Part shown: positions 1-8,799 of the stretch, piece by piece
Numbering within the stretch: position 1 is the stretch's first letter
Layout: each line of letters begins with the position of its first letter
Assembly (NCBI GenBank): GCA_963746845.1
Contig: CAVVCZ010000001.1
Location: 324,635-388,634, forward strand
Direction of reading: 5' to 3'
DNA length: 64,000 bases
Origin: an uncultured Chloroflexia bacterium
GTDB taxonomy: Bacteria; Chloroflexota; Limnocylindria; Limnocylindrales; CSP1-4
The notes under the pieces: model-generated
The model's input: the letters and a program-made list of their open reading frames with translations, nothing else
Told to the model about the DNA's origin: nothing
Databases searched by the model: none
Program-made: the position numbers and the translations under genes

Positions 1-168
1 CGGGGCGGAGCTCGGCGTGCCGGCCGGATCGGCAGAGGCGCTCGCGTCGGGTGCCTGGCCCGGATCGGCCGCGAGACCGGCGACGGGCGACAGGAGCCAG
101 CCCAGGATCAGGGTGATCTGGAGGAAGGCGAGCAGTCGGTAGCGCGCGCTCGGGGTCCGGTTGGTCAA
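1..168 (-). CDS. secreted protein, 5' end only (runs off window)
   Basis: My translation from TTG at 168: MTNRTPSARYRLLAFLQITLILGWLLSPVAGLAADPGQAPDASAS. This is a signal peptide followed by a Pro/Ser/Ala linker. Confidence 0.55.
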   Translation of the reverse strand, partial: MTNRTPSARYRLLAFLQITLILGWLLSPVAGLAADPGQAPDASASADPAGTPSSAP

Positions 169-316
169 GGTCGTTCCGTGGTGCCGTTCTGACGCGTCGG
201 GACGGCGTGGAGATGATCGCGCGGAGCCCGCGCGATCAGGGCAACCCGACCGTACGATGGCTGATCCCCACCGGCCACAGTACCTTTGGGGGGTGCGGCC
301 GGCCGGCCCGGTGGCC

Positions 317-1291
317 TCAGCCGGCGAGGGTCGGGCTCGGGTGGACGATGACCTTGATCCCGGTCCGGGCCGCGAGCCTGGCAAATGCCTCCGGAGCCTC
401 CGCCAGGGCATGGCGGTGGGTGATCAGCCCGGCCAGGTCGACCCGTCCGTCCACGGCGAGGGCGATCGCCCGATCGAGGTCCTCGGCGCGCATCCGGCGG
501 CTGAACACGAGCGACAGCTCCTTCCGCCGGGCCGTGCTCGCCCGGAGGCTCGACCGGTCGCCGGGCGGGATCCCGACGAGCACGGCACGTCCGCCGGGCC
601 TCGCCGCCTCGATCGCTGCCGCCAGCCCCGCATCGGTTCCGGCCGCGTCGAAGGCGACGTCGACAGCGCCGCCATGGCCGGCCGCGTCCGTCGCCCCGAG
701 CGCGAGCGCGGCCGCCAGCCGGTGCGGCAGCGGGTCGCTCGCGAGGATCGGGTGCACGCCGGCCAGCCGGAGGACCTGGACGATCAACAGCCCGATCGGG
801 CCGCAGCCCACCACGGCGGCGCCGTCGCCTGGCTGGAGCTGCGCCAGGTCGACCGCGTGGAGCGCGACGCCGAGCGGCTCGAGCAGGGCCGCTTCGTCGG
901 GCGTGATCGGCTCCGGCACGGGCCTGAGGAGTCGGGAGGGCCACCACATGGCCGAGCGCAGTGCCCCGTCCGTGTCGCTGTGCCCGGCGAAGCGGGTCGT
1001 GAGGCAGAGGTGCTCCAGGCCGGTTCGGCACGCCGGGCACGATCCGCACGGGATGCACGGATCGGCAACGACGAGCCGGCCGTCGTCGAGCCGCCCGCAG
1101 AACTCGTGCCCGAGGACGAGCGGATGGTCGAGTCCGGAATCGCCGATGGCGCCCTCCTCGAACCAGTGGAGGTCCGAGCCGCACAGGCCCACAGCGGCGA
1201 CGGTCAGACGGACGTCATCCGGACCGACCGGAGGCTCCGGCTCGTGGACCACCCGGATGTCACGCGGGCCGAACAGCCGGGCCGCCGCCAC
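317..1291 (-). CDS. zinc-dependent alcohol dehydrogenase (sorbitol/L-iditol dehydrogenase-like, MDR family)
   Basis: GLCGSD, LGHEF, CxxCxxC...C structural Zn motif, LEPL and GCGPIG. The start is probably GTG at 1291, although the ORF is open to 1366. Confidence 0.9.
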   Translation of the reverse strand: MAAARLFGPRDIRVVHEPEPPVGPDDVRLTVAAVGLCGSDLHWFEEGAIGDSGLDHPLVLGHEFCGRLDDGRLVVADPCIPCGSCPACRTGLEHLCLTTRFAGHSDTDGALRSAMWWPSRLLRPVPEPITPDEAALLEPLGVALHAVDLAQLQPGDGAAVVGCGPIGLLIVQVLRLAGVHPILASDPLPHRLAAALALGATDAAGHGGAVDVAFDAAGTDAGLAAAIEAARPGGRAVLVGIPPGDRSSLRASTARRKELSLVFSRRMRAEDLDRAIALAVDGRVDLAGLITHRHALAEAPEAFARLAARTGIKVIVHPSPTLAG

Positions 1292-1512
1292 CGAGCCGCG
1301 GTCACGGCCGTCCCTGCCCGGAGTTTCCGCCGAAGACGCTCGGCGTGCCGAGAAGTCTGCCTGCATCGCGATCGCCTCGTGCGGGGCCGGCGAGATGAGT
1401 CAACCGTGCGGATGCCATCTTCATCCGGATCCCGGTCGAGCGGTACAGGACGCTTCTCACGCTCCCGGTCGAGCCCTCGCAGTCGGCAGGCCGAACCGGC
1501 AGGGCAGACGGG

Positions 1513-3009
1513 TCAGCCGAGGGCGGGCACCGAGACCCTCCCCGCGTGGATGGCCGCGACGTACGCCGCGTGGTCCCGCTCGTTGACCGTCGCGTAGGTC
1601 TCGGAGAAGTCGGCGATCGCGCCGTCGAACCTGTCGCTCGTCCCCAGGTACGCCGTGATGGCCACCGCATCGCCGGTCACGGCGTGGGCCCGCGCGAGCG
1701 ACCAACCGCAGACCGCGCCGTAGAAGCCGAGGCCGACCGGATCCATCGTGGTGATGTCCACCGAACCCTTCATGTCCCAGAGCTGTCGCAGATAGAAGTC
1801 GTGGCCGCTCGGTCCGCGCGTCCAGCCGAGGAGGATGTCGGGCGTCGCCTGCATCCGCTGCTGCCCGACCACGACCCGCTCCGCATGGCTCGCATGCGCG
1901 CTCTGGTCGACATACGGCGCGAGGACCGACGCGGTTGCCTCCTTCGCCTGGAGGATGAGCGGGTCGTTCTCGTCACGCCCCTGGAGGACGAGCACGTAGC
2001 AGCGCGTCCCGACGCTGCCGACACCGACGACCTTGAGAGCGAAGTCCACGAACCGATAGCGCTCCAGGAAGGCGCGCCGGTGCTCCGGCATCGTCGCGCG
2101 GTAGTCACTGAAGACCTTCTCCAGGGCCTTGGAACCGCCGATGCCCTCGATATCAACGTGGGTGATGACGGGCGGGTCGTCGAGGATCGTTCGGCGTCCG
2201 TCCACGACGGCCGTCAGCTTCTCGAAGGCGCGCATCCCGTCGCGCTGGCGGGCCTTGCTGAAGATCGCCTCGAGGTTCCGGCGGCGAACGATGCCTTCGC
2301 GGCCCTGGAGTCTTCCCGTCGCCTCGGTGGCCTCCCGGATGTCGGCCTCGGTGATCGAGGCGTACCAGGCCGCCATGAGGCTCATGCCCGCGTAGCGGGC
2401 CATCCATTGGCGATAGCTGCGGACCGTGGCCATCGCCGCCCCCCGGTTCTGGGCGGCGCTGAAGCCCCGCGCCCGGCCGGCGATGACGACGCTCGCCGCG
2501 AGCCGTTTGACATCCCACTCCCAGGGCGCGGGTAGCGTCTCATCGAAGTCGTTGGCGTCGAAGACGAGCGTCCGCTCAGGCGAGGCGAACAGCCCGAAGT
2601 TGCTGAGGTGGGCGTCACCACTTGCCTGGACGAGGATGTCCGTGCGAGGGGTGGTCCCCAGGTCGAACGCCATCACGGCGGCTGTCCCGCGGTAGTAGGC
2701 GAACGCCGACTCGGCCATCCGCTCATGGCGGACGGGAACGAGGTCCTGGAGCCGGTCCACCTCCTGGGCGGCCAGGATCGCGATCGGGTCACGGCCGAGG
2801 GCGGGGTCGAAGGCGGCATGGCTCACCCGTGGGACACGCTTGCGGGCTGCCTTGCCCGTCGCACTGCGCTCGCTCGGCGGGAGCCATGGTCGAGCGGTCC
2901 AGGCGCCATTGGTCGGGTGATCGGCCTGCGCTGTCGCGTCGAAAGCCGTTGCGGTTGTGATGTCGGGAGTCGTGCTCTTCGGCCGTCGTGCGGTCGTCGG
3001 ATTGGTCAT
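1513..3009 (-). CDS. DUF2252 family protein (kinase-like fold, function unknown)
   Basis: Family motifs GDAHLSNFG, FDANDFDET, WEWDVKRL, KVVGVGSVG, LQAKEA, FYLRQLWDMKGS and LARAHA. Confidence 0.9.
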   Translation of the reverse strand: MTNPTTARRPKSTTPDITTATAFDATAQADHPTNGAWTARPWLPPSERSATGKAARKRVPRVSHAAFDPALGRDPIAILAAQEVDRLQDLVPVRHERMAESAFAYYRGTAAVMAFDLGTTPRTDILVQASGDAHLSNFGLFASPERTLVFDANDFDETLPAPWEWDVKRLAASVVIAGRARGFSAAQNRGAAMATVRSYRQWMARYAGMSLMAAWYASITEADIREATEATGRLQGREGIVRRRNLEAIFSKARQRDGMRAFEKLTAVVDGRRTILDDPPVITHVDIEGIGGSKALEKVFSDYRATMPEHRRAFLERYRFVDFALKVVGVGSVGTRCYVLVLQGRDENDPLILQAKEATASVLAPYVDQSAHASHAERVVVGQQRMQATPDILLGWTRGPSGHDFYLRQLWDMKGSVDITTMDPVGLGFYGAVCGWSLARAHAVTGDAVAITAYLGTSDRFDGAIADFSETYATVNERDHAAYVAAIHAGRVSVPALG

Positions 3010-3078
3010 TGGGATGTCCTCGGATCAGGGCCAACGGGAAGACCGCCTCTATTTCAGGGGCTCGTGACGGCCGGAGCA

Positions 3079-3095
3079 TCCTCCCATTCGGAGGA
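3079..3095. promoter_or_regulatory. palindrome TCCTCC-N5-GGAGGA, copy 1 (candidate LuxR-type operator)
   Basis: tcctcc cattc ggagga in the divergent DUF2252/DUF1269 intergenic region. Confidence 0.5.
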
Positions 3096-3166
3096 CACCG
3101 TTCAGTCCAGCCGCGGCGGTCGCCGAGCCCAACGTCTTCCGCGAGCCGCGATCCCAGCTCCCGTCC

Positions 3167-3183
3167 TCCTCCGACGGGGAGGA
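3167..3183. promoter_or_regulatory. palindrome TCCTCC-N5-GGAGGA, copy 2
   Basis: tcctcc gacgg ggagga, about 100 bp upstream of the DUF1269 start. Confidence 0.5.
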
Positions 3184-3281
3184 TGCGGACGAACGGTGAC
3201 GTTGCCTACGGTGACAGCGCGCCAAGCGCCGTCGGCCGGAGGGCGATGCTCGCACCGATCGCAAGGAGCCGAGGTATCGAT

Positions 3282-3914
3282 GTGACCGAACAACACACGA
3301 CCGAGACACTGTCGGCCATCCACGCCGACGACGCGGTCGCCATCGTGAGCCAGGTGGCGGCGTCCGAGCCAGGTGGCGAGATCGCGGGCGCGGGGCCGCA
3401 GGCCCTCATCGTCGCCCGATTCGCGGACCCGACGCTGGCGCTGAGTACGTATGACGACCTCATCGACGCCGAGGTCGCGGGTCTCCTCGAGGTCGACGGC
3501 GTCCTCGTCGTCAGGTCGGACGAGGACGGCAAGCTCCACGTCCAGAAGATGACCGATCACAGCACCCGGACCGGCCTCAAGTGGGGCATCGTCGGCGGCG
3601 TCGCAGCAGCGATCTTCCTGCCCGCCACGATCGTCGCCGGCGCAGTTTCGCTCGGAGTCGCCGGTGCTGCGGCCGGCAAGGCGCGCAACCTCCACCATCG
3701 GGTCGGGGTCGAGAAGGAGCTCGCCGACGTGCTCAAACCGGGCACCTCCGGAATCCTCGCGCTGGTTTCGGCAGTCGATGCGGATGCCGTCGCGCGGAAG
3801 ATGCCGGAGGCCGAGCAGGTGAAGACGGTCCCGGTCGACGAGGAAACCGCCGGGGCGATCAAGGCCGCCGCCGCGGCAGCAGCGTCCCACGACGCGCCGG
3901 CAACCACAGCCTGA
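3282..3914 (+). CDS. DUF1269-type membrane protein
   Basis: GTG start after gaggt, a Gly/Ala-rich hairpin (WGIVGGVAAAIFLP) and LKPGTSGILALV. Paralog of 5049..5672. Confidence 0.75.
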   Translation: MTEQHTTETLSAIHADDAVAIVSQVAASEPGGEIAGAGPQALIVARFADPTLALSTYDDLIDAEVAGLLEVDGVLVVRSDEDGKLHVQKMTDHSTRTGLKWGIVGGVAAAIFLPATIVAGAVSLGVAGAAAGKARNLHHRVGVEKELADVLKPGTSGILALVSAVDADAVARKMPEAEQVKTVPVDEETAGAIKAAAAAAASHDAPATTA

Positions 3915-3989
3915 GCGAGCGCGGGGACGTACCCGACGGGCGAGACGACCGGCGCTCGACGCAGGGAACCAAGGTCGAGGAGAGCAGGC

Positions 3990-4991
3990 ATGCCAGACAA
4001 GCACGTGACCGGCCCGATCCAGGTGTTCGTGGTCGGCTTCGACAAGTTCGAGATGACCGGCCGGATCATGGCCGAGCTGCGCCGGGTCCGAAGGCGCGGC
4101 GTGATCCGTGTCGTGGACGTGATCTTCGTCCAGAAGGACAAGCGCGGTGACATCGAGAACTCGATGCACCTGACCGACCTCTCGGAGACCGAGCGGATGC
4201 GCCTCGGCTCGATCGCCGGCGGGCTCATCGGGCTCCACGCCGGTGGCGTCGAAGGCATGGCCGAGGGGGCCGAGCTCGGTGCCCTCGCTGTCGCCGAGCG
4301 CGACGCAGGACTCTCGGTGGATCGCATGCGGGAGCTCGCCGCGTCGATCCCTTCGGGCGGCGCGGCGGCGATCCTCGTCATCGAGCACCACTGGGCGGCG
4401 AGCTTGCGCGACGCGATCGTCGACGCGGGCGGTCGAACCCTCATGCAGGCGATGATCGCGCCCGACGCGCTCGCGATCGTCGGAGACGAGCTGCGCGTGA
4501 AGATGGAGGCCGAGGACGCCATCGAGGCAGCCGAGGCAGTCAAGCTCGCCGCCGCCATCGAGGTCGCCCAGACGCTGGTCGAGGCAGAGCTCATCGAGGA
4601 GGCCGCCATCGCCGAGGCCGCGGAGGTCGTCGCCACGGCGCTCGCGGTCGAGGACGCCGCCGCCGAGGACGTGGTCGACACGCTCTTCGCGGCCGAGCTC
4701 ATCGAGGAGGCGGCCAAGGAAGAGGCGGAGGATGTCGTCCGCATGTCGCTCGACGTCGAGGAGGCCGCGACGGAGGAGGCCGAGGAGGCCGTGGCCGAGT
4801 CTGACGAGGTCGTGGCGGCGGCGGCGCTTCGGGCTGTTCGCGCGCTCATTGCGGCGGACCTCTTTGGGCGCGAGGCGGCTCAGGAGGCGGTCGACGCCCT
4901 CGTCGCGGCCGAGATGATCGAGCAGGAAGCGGCGGACGAGGCCCTCGCGTCGGTTCTCGCCGGTGAGGAGGTGGCGGCCGGCGTGAGTTGA
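3990..4991 (+). CDS. DUF1269/DUF6325-like protein with a long acidic Ala/Glu helical tail
   Basis: GPIQVFVVGF, VIRVVDVIFVQKD and AAILVIEHHWA, followed by about 160 aa of repeated AELIEEAA-like units. Confidence 0.75.
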   Translation: MPDKHVTGPIQVFVVGFDKFEMTGRIMAELRRVRRRGVIRVVDVIFVQKDKRGDIENSMHLTDLSETERMRLGSIAGGLIGLHAGGVEGMAEGAELGALAVAERDAGLSVDRMRELAASIPSGGAAAILVIEHHWAASLRDAIVDAGGRTLMQAMIAPDALAIVGDELRVKMEAEDAIEAAEAVKLAAAIEVAQTLVEAELIEEAAIAEAAEVVATALAVEDAAAEDVVDTLFAAELIEEAAKEEAEDVVRMSLDVEEAATEEAEEAVAESDEVVAAAALRAVRALIAADLFGREAAQEAVDALVAAEMIEQEAADEALASVLAGEEVAAGVS

Positions 4992-5048
4992 GGAGACTGC
5001 AACCAGACGCTCGTGGTTCGAGCATCATCCGACGAAGGAGACCCTCAA

Positions 5049-5672
5049 ATGAGCGACGAGACGAAGAACGCGGCGGCAGCGCCGGATCAGCCGGTCGACG
5101 CGGCTGTTGCCACCCTCAGCGACGACCGCGGTGTCGAAGCCGCGGCCGGGATCGCCGTCCAGGGCGACCAGGCGCTCATCGTGGCGCAGTTCGCCGACAT
5201 GGACTCCGCCAAGAACGCCTACTACGCGCTGATCGACGCCGAGGTCAAGCGGGCCATCGACATCGACGGCGTCCTGGTCGCCAATGCCGACTACCAGGGC
5301 AAGATCCACATCCAGAAGATGACCGATCACAAGACGCGGAGTGGCTTCCTGTGGGGCGCCGTGGGCGGTGCGGCCATCGGGCTGATCTTCCCGCCCACGA
5401 TCCTTGCCGGCGCCGTGGGCGTCGGCGTCGCGGGGGCGGCGGTCGGCAAGGCGCGCAATGTGCTCATGAAGAGCGAAGTGGCCGACGAGCTCGCAGGCGT
5501 CATTACATCCGGCACGTCGGGCATCGTGGCGCTGGTGTCCATCACCGCGGTCGATGCGGTGGAAGCGACGATCCCCGACGCCAAGGTGGTCAAGTCCGCT
5601 CCGGTCAGCGACGAGGCCGCCGCCGCGGTCAAGCAGGCGGCCAAGGCCGGGGGCGATCAGACCGCCGGCTGA
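5049..5672 (+). CDS. DUF1269-type membrane protein
   Basis: AAGGAG RBS. HIQKMTDHKTRSGFLWG matches HVQKMTDHSTRTGLKWG of the 3282 gene. Confidence 0.78.
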   Translation: MSDETKNAAAAPDQPVDAAVATLSDDRGVEAAAGIAVQGDQALIVAQFADMDSAKNAYYALIDAEVKRAIDIDGVLVANADYQGKIHIQKMTDHKTRSGFLWGAVGGAAIGLIFPPTILAGAVGVGVAGAAVGKARNVLMKSEVADELAGVITSGTSGIVALVSITAVDAVEATIPDAKVVKSAPVSDEAAAAVKQAAKAGGDQTAG

Positions 5673-5842
5673 AGCGTCCGCTGAAGCTGCCGGACGGAAG
5701 CCCGTTCGCACGCTGAGCTAGGGATCGAGGCGACCCGGGGTCGTGCCGAGCGACCCGGGCCGCCCGCGATCCATGACGCACCCGGGGTGCCCCAGATGGA
5801 CCGATCTGACCTCGGTCAGACACATGATGGAGCTGCTACCAG

Positions 5843-6208
5843 ATGAACAGCCTTGGTGATTTCCTCCTCTGGACGATTGAGGTGTTTTTCCTCTTCCTCG
5901 CGATCTGGGTCTTCATCGCGATCTTCTCGGACATCTTCCGACGGACCGACATCCACGGCGGCGCGAAGGCCGGCTGGATCCTGTTGATCTTCGTCCTGCC
6001 GTTCATCGGCTGCCTGATCTACATCATCGCCCGTCCGAAGGTCACGCCCGGGGACGTCCAGATGATGGTCCAGGCTGAGGCCGCCCAGAAGGCGGTCGCC
6101 GGCGTGTCGACGGCGGACGAGCTGGCCAAGCTGCAGCAGCTCAAGGATGCCGGAACGATCACCCCGGCGGAGTACGACTCGCTGAAGGCGAAGACGATCG
6201 CGAGCTGA
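5843..6208 (+). CDS. PLDc_N + SHOCT domain membrane protein
   Basis: DIFRR..KAGWILLIFVLPFIGCLIYIIARP and the SHOCT motif ADELAKLQQLKDAGTITPAEYDSLKAK. Confidence 0.88.
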   Translation: MNSLGDFLLWTIEVFFLFLAIWVFIAIFSDIFRRTDIHGGAKAGWILLIFVLPFIGCLIYIIARPKVTPGDVQMMVQAEAAQKAVAGVSTADELAKLQQLKDAGTITPAEYDSLKAKTIAS

Positions 6209-6338
6209 GCCGAGCCGCCGGTCGCGGAACGACGGTCTCCGCCGCTGCGGCGAGTGGACCGCCCCCTCGTCGTTCCGCTAGGCTGCGGTCATCGACGAAG
6301 GACTCGGTCGAAGAACCGGGCCGCCAGCCCTGAAGCCC

Positions 6339-8675
6339 ATGCCCACCCCAACGTCCACCCTCGACAGGGGATCGACCCCACAGAGAGAGTTCGCGCGAGA
6401 GGCGCGCGCTCCTGCTCCGGCGGAACCTCTCCTCGAGGCCAGGCTCGTCATGCCGCGGCGCCACCTCGGGACGCTTCGTCGGACGAGGCTGCTGCGGCAG
6501 CTCCGGTCGGCCCGGGATCGACCCGTCATCTCGATCGCCGCGCCTCCCGGCTACGGCAAGTCGAGCCTCCTGGTCCAGTGGGCCACGGAAGACACCCGGC
6601 CCGTCGCCTGGCTGACGGCCGACGACAGTGACAGCGACCCGGTAGTGCTCCTCGCCGACCTCGCGGCGGCGATCGACCGCCACGTGCCGCTCGGTCCAGA
6701 GCTCTTCAGCGCGATCGCGTCGGACACGGTCTCGTATCGGACCGTGGTGGGCCGATTGCTCGCGGCGATGTCGCAACCCCCTGAGTCCATCCGGATTGCC
6801 ATCGACGACGGGCACCGGATCACTTCGAGAGCGTGCCTGGACATCCTGGCCGAGCTGGCCGAGCACGTCCCCGAGGGTTCGCAGGTGGCCATCGCGGGAC
6901 GCGCACGGATGCGCCTTCCGTTCGCCCGCTGGCGCGCCGGGGGCTCACTGCTCGAGCTCGGTCCCGCGGAGCTGGCGATGGACGAGCGTGAGGCCGTCGG
7001 GCTGGCACGGGAGCTCGGCCTGCGGCTAGCGGCCGAAACGACGACGCGCCTGACACGAGAGACCGAAGGGTGGCCGGCTCTCCTGGCGCTCGCGATGCTC
7101 GGAGCCAGGACGACCCGGGAAGGATCTGATCGGATCAACGCCCCCACCGATCTCCTCGTCGCCGGCTATCTGCGGTCCGAAGTGCTTGAGCGCCGATCGG
7201 CGCCCGAGATCGCCTTCCTGACCCGCACGTCGATCCTCGAGCATCTCACCGGACCGCTGTGCGATGCGGTGACGGATCGACAGGAATCGACCGATGTCCT
7301 ACGAACACTTGCAAGGTCGACCCTGCTGATGGACGAGTACGGCGGTTCGTATCGCTATCACACCCTGCTCCGGGACTTCCTGCGTGACGAGCTGACGACG
7401 CGCGAGCCTGCGCGGGTGACCATCCTCCACCAGCGAGCCGCCACGTGGTACCAGGCAAACCACGCGATCGAGCCCGCAGTTGAACACGCATTCGCCGCGA
7501 ACGATCTCGACCTCGCCGCCTCGCTCGTTGGCAACGGCTGGCACCTCTATCACTGGTCCGGCCGACGAGCGACGATCCGGGCATGGGCGAGGCGGTTCGG
7601 TGCCGCCGCTCTCGCGGCACACCCATGGCTCGCCGTGCTTGCCGCCTGGGAGGAGATCGCCGCGGGGGATGTCGCCGCGGCGGTTCGCTTCGCGGATGTC
7701 GCCGAACGTGGGTCGTTCAACGGCTTGCCCCCCGACCGCACCGCCTCCTTTGAAGCCGGGCTCGCGATGCTCCGAGCCGGCATGGCCCGCAATGGCGCCG
7801 ACGACGCGCTGGCGAATGCCGCGCGAGCGGTCGAGCTTGAAGGGGACCTTGGCTCCTGGCGGGACTTCGCGCTGTGGCAGCTGGCCTTTGCGCGCCTCAC
7901 GTTGGGCGATCTGGCCGGCGCAGATGCGGCCCTGGCCGCCGCGGCCGCGGCGGCCCGATCGTCGGGCGACGTCGTCGTCCGGTACTGCGTGCTCGGGCAC
8001 CGCGCACTCGTGGCCGTCGAACAGGGCGCCTGGGATGCGGCCGCCGCGTTCATCGAGGAGAGCGACGCGATCGACCCGGCACTCCAGATCGACGGATACC
8101 TCTCGACGATCCCGTCTCGCGCGGTGCGCATCAGGCTGATGATCCACCGCGGAGAAATCGCCGCGGCGCGTCGCGAGCTCGTTCGCGCGACGGGGCTGCG
8201 ACCACTCCTGACGGCAGCCGTGCCTGGAGGCGCCGTCCAGCTCCTCGTCGCGCTCGCTCGCGCGCACCTGGCGGTCGACGACCCGGCCGGCGCGCGTGCC
8301 CTCGTCGCGCAGGCGAGCGACGTGATCCACGATCGACCCGACCTTGGCGTGCTGCCGGCCGAGGTCGACGCACTCCGGGCGACTGTCGCCGCCCTGGAGC
8401 CCAAGCGCGCCTGGGGTGCCACGAGCCTCACGGTCGCAGAGCTCCGCGTCCTCGCGCTCCTGCCCTACTACCTGTCCTTCAAGGAGATCGGGCAGCGACT
8501 CGGTGTCAAGGAGACGACGATCAAGTCGCAGGCGCTCGCGATCTACCGCAAGCTGGGCACGGCGACCCGCAGCGACGCCGTGGATCTGGCCGTCGAGGCT
8601 GGATTACTCGAACGGTTCCTCCCGGTCGTCGCGGCCCCGCCATCGAGCGAGGTCACGGTTCGACGAGATCCTTGA
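6339..8675 (+). CDS. MalT-like ATP-dependent LuxR family transcriptional regulator
   Basis: Walker A APPGYGKS, TEGWP, YRYHTLLRDFL and a C-terminal LuxR HTH (LTVAELRVL...IYRKLG). Confidence 0.92.
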   Translation: MPTPTSTLDRGSTPQREFAREARAPAPAEPLLEARLVMPRRHLGTLRRTRLLRQLRSARDRPVISIAAPPGYGKSSLLVQWATEDTRPVAWLTADDSDSDPVVLLADLAAAIDRHVPLGPELFSAIASDTVSYRTVVGRLLAAMSQPPESIRIAIDDGHRITSRACLDILAELAEHVPEGSQVAIAGRARMRLPFARWRAGGSLLELGPAELAMDEREAVGLARELGLRLAAETTTRLTRETEGWPALLALAMLGARTTREGSDRINAPTDLLVAGYLRSEVLERRSAPEIAFLTRTSILEHLTGPLCDAVTDRQESTDVLRTLARSTLLMDEYGGSYRYHTLLRDFLRDELTTREPARVTILHQRAATWYQANHAIEPAVEHAFAANDLDLAASLVGNGWHLYHWSGRRATIRAWARRFGAAALAAHPWLAVLAAWEEIAAGDVAAAVRFADVAERGSFNGLPPDRTASFEAGLAMLRAGMARNGADDALANAARAVELEGDLGSWRDFALWQLAFARLTLGDLAGADAALAAAAAAARSSGDVVVRYCVLGHRALVAVEQGAWDAAAAFIEESDAIDPALQIDGYLSTIPSRAVRIRLMIHRGEIAAARRELVRATGLRPLLTAAVPGGAVQLLVALARAHLAVDDPAGARALVAQASDVIHDRPDLGVLPAEVDALRATVAALEPKRAWGATSLTVAELRVLALLPYYLSFKEIGQRLGVKETTIKSQALAIYRKLGTATRSDAVDLAVEAGLLERFLPVVAAPPSSEVTVRRDP

Positions 8676-8684
8676 GGGCGTGGC

Positions 8685-8713
8685 GGAACATCCTCCGACA
8701 CGGAGGATGTTCC
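8685..8713. promoter_or_regulatory. 13-bp perfect inverted repeat containing TCCTCC-N5-GGAGGA (copy 3), directly followed by TTGACG
   Basis: ggaacatcctccg aca cggaggatgttcc, upstream of the MFS gene. Confidence 0.55.
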
Positions 8714-8799
8714 TTGACGATCCATCGGACAGTCTCTTCCGGGTTCCGGAGCCGGGGCCGTACGGTTCGAGGCAGGTACGCCAGGATGGGGTTGTCCCG

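Noticed and set aside
200-300. Possible c-di-GMP riboswitch upstream of the secreted protein gene
   Set aside because: Only a gggttgcc-like end and an 11-bp hairpin are present; the GCAAAC/GAAA/GACGCAAA core is absent.
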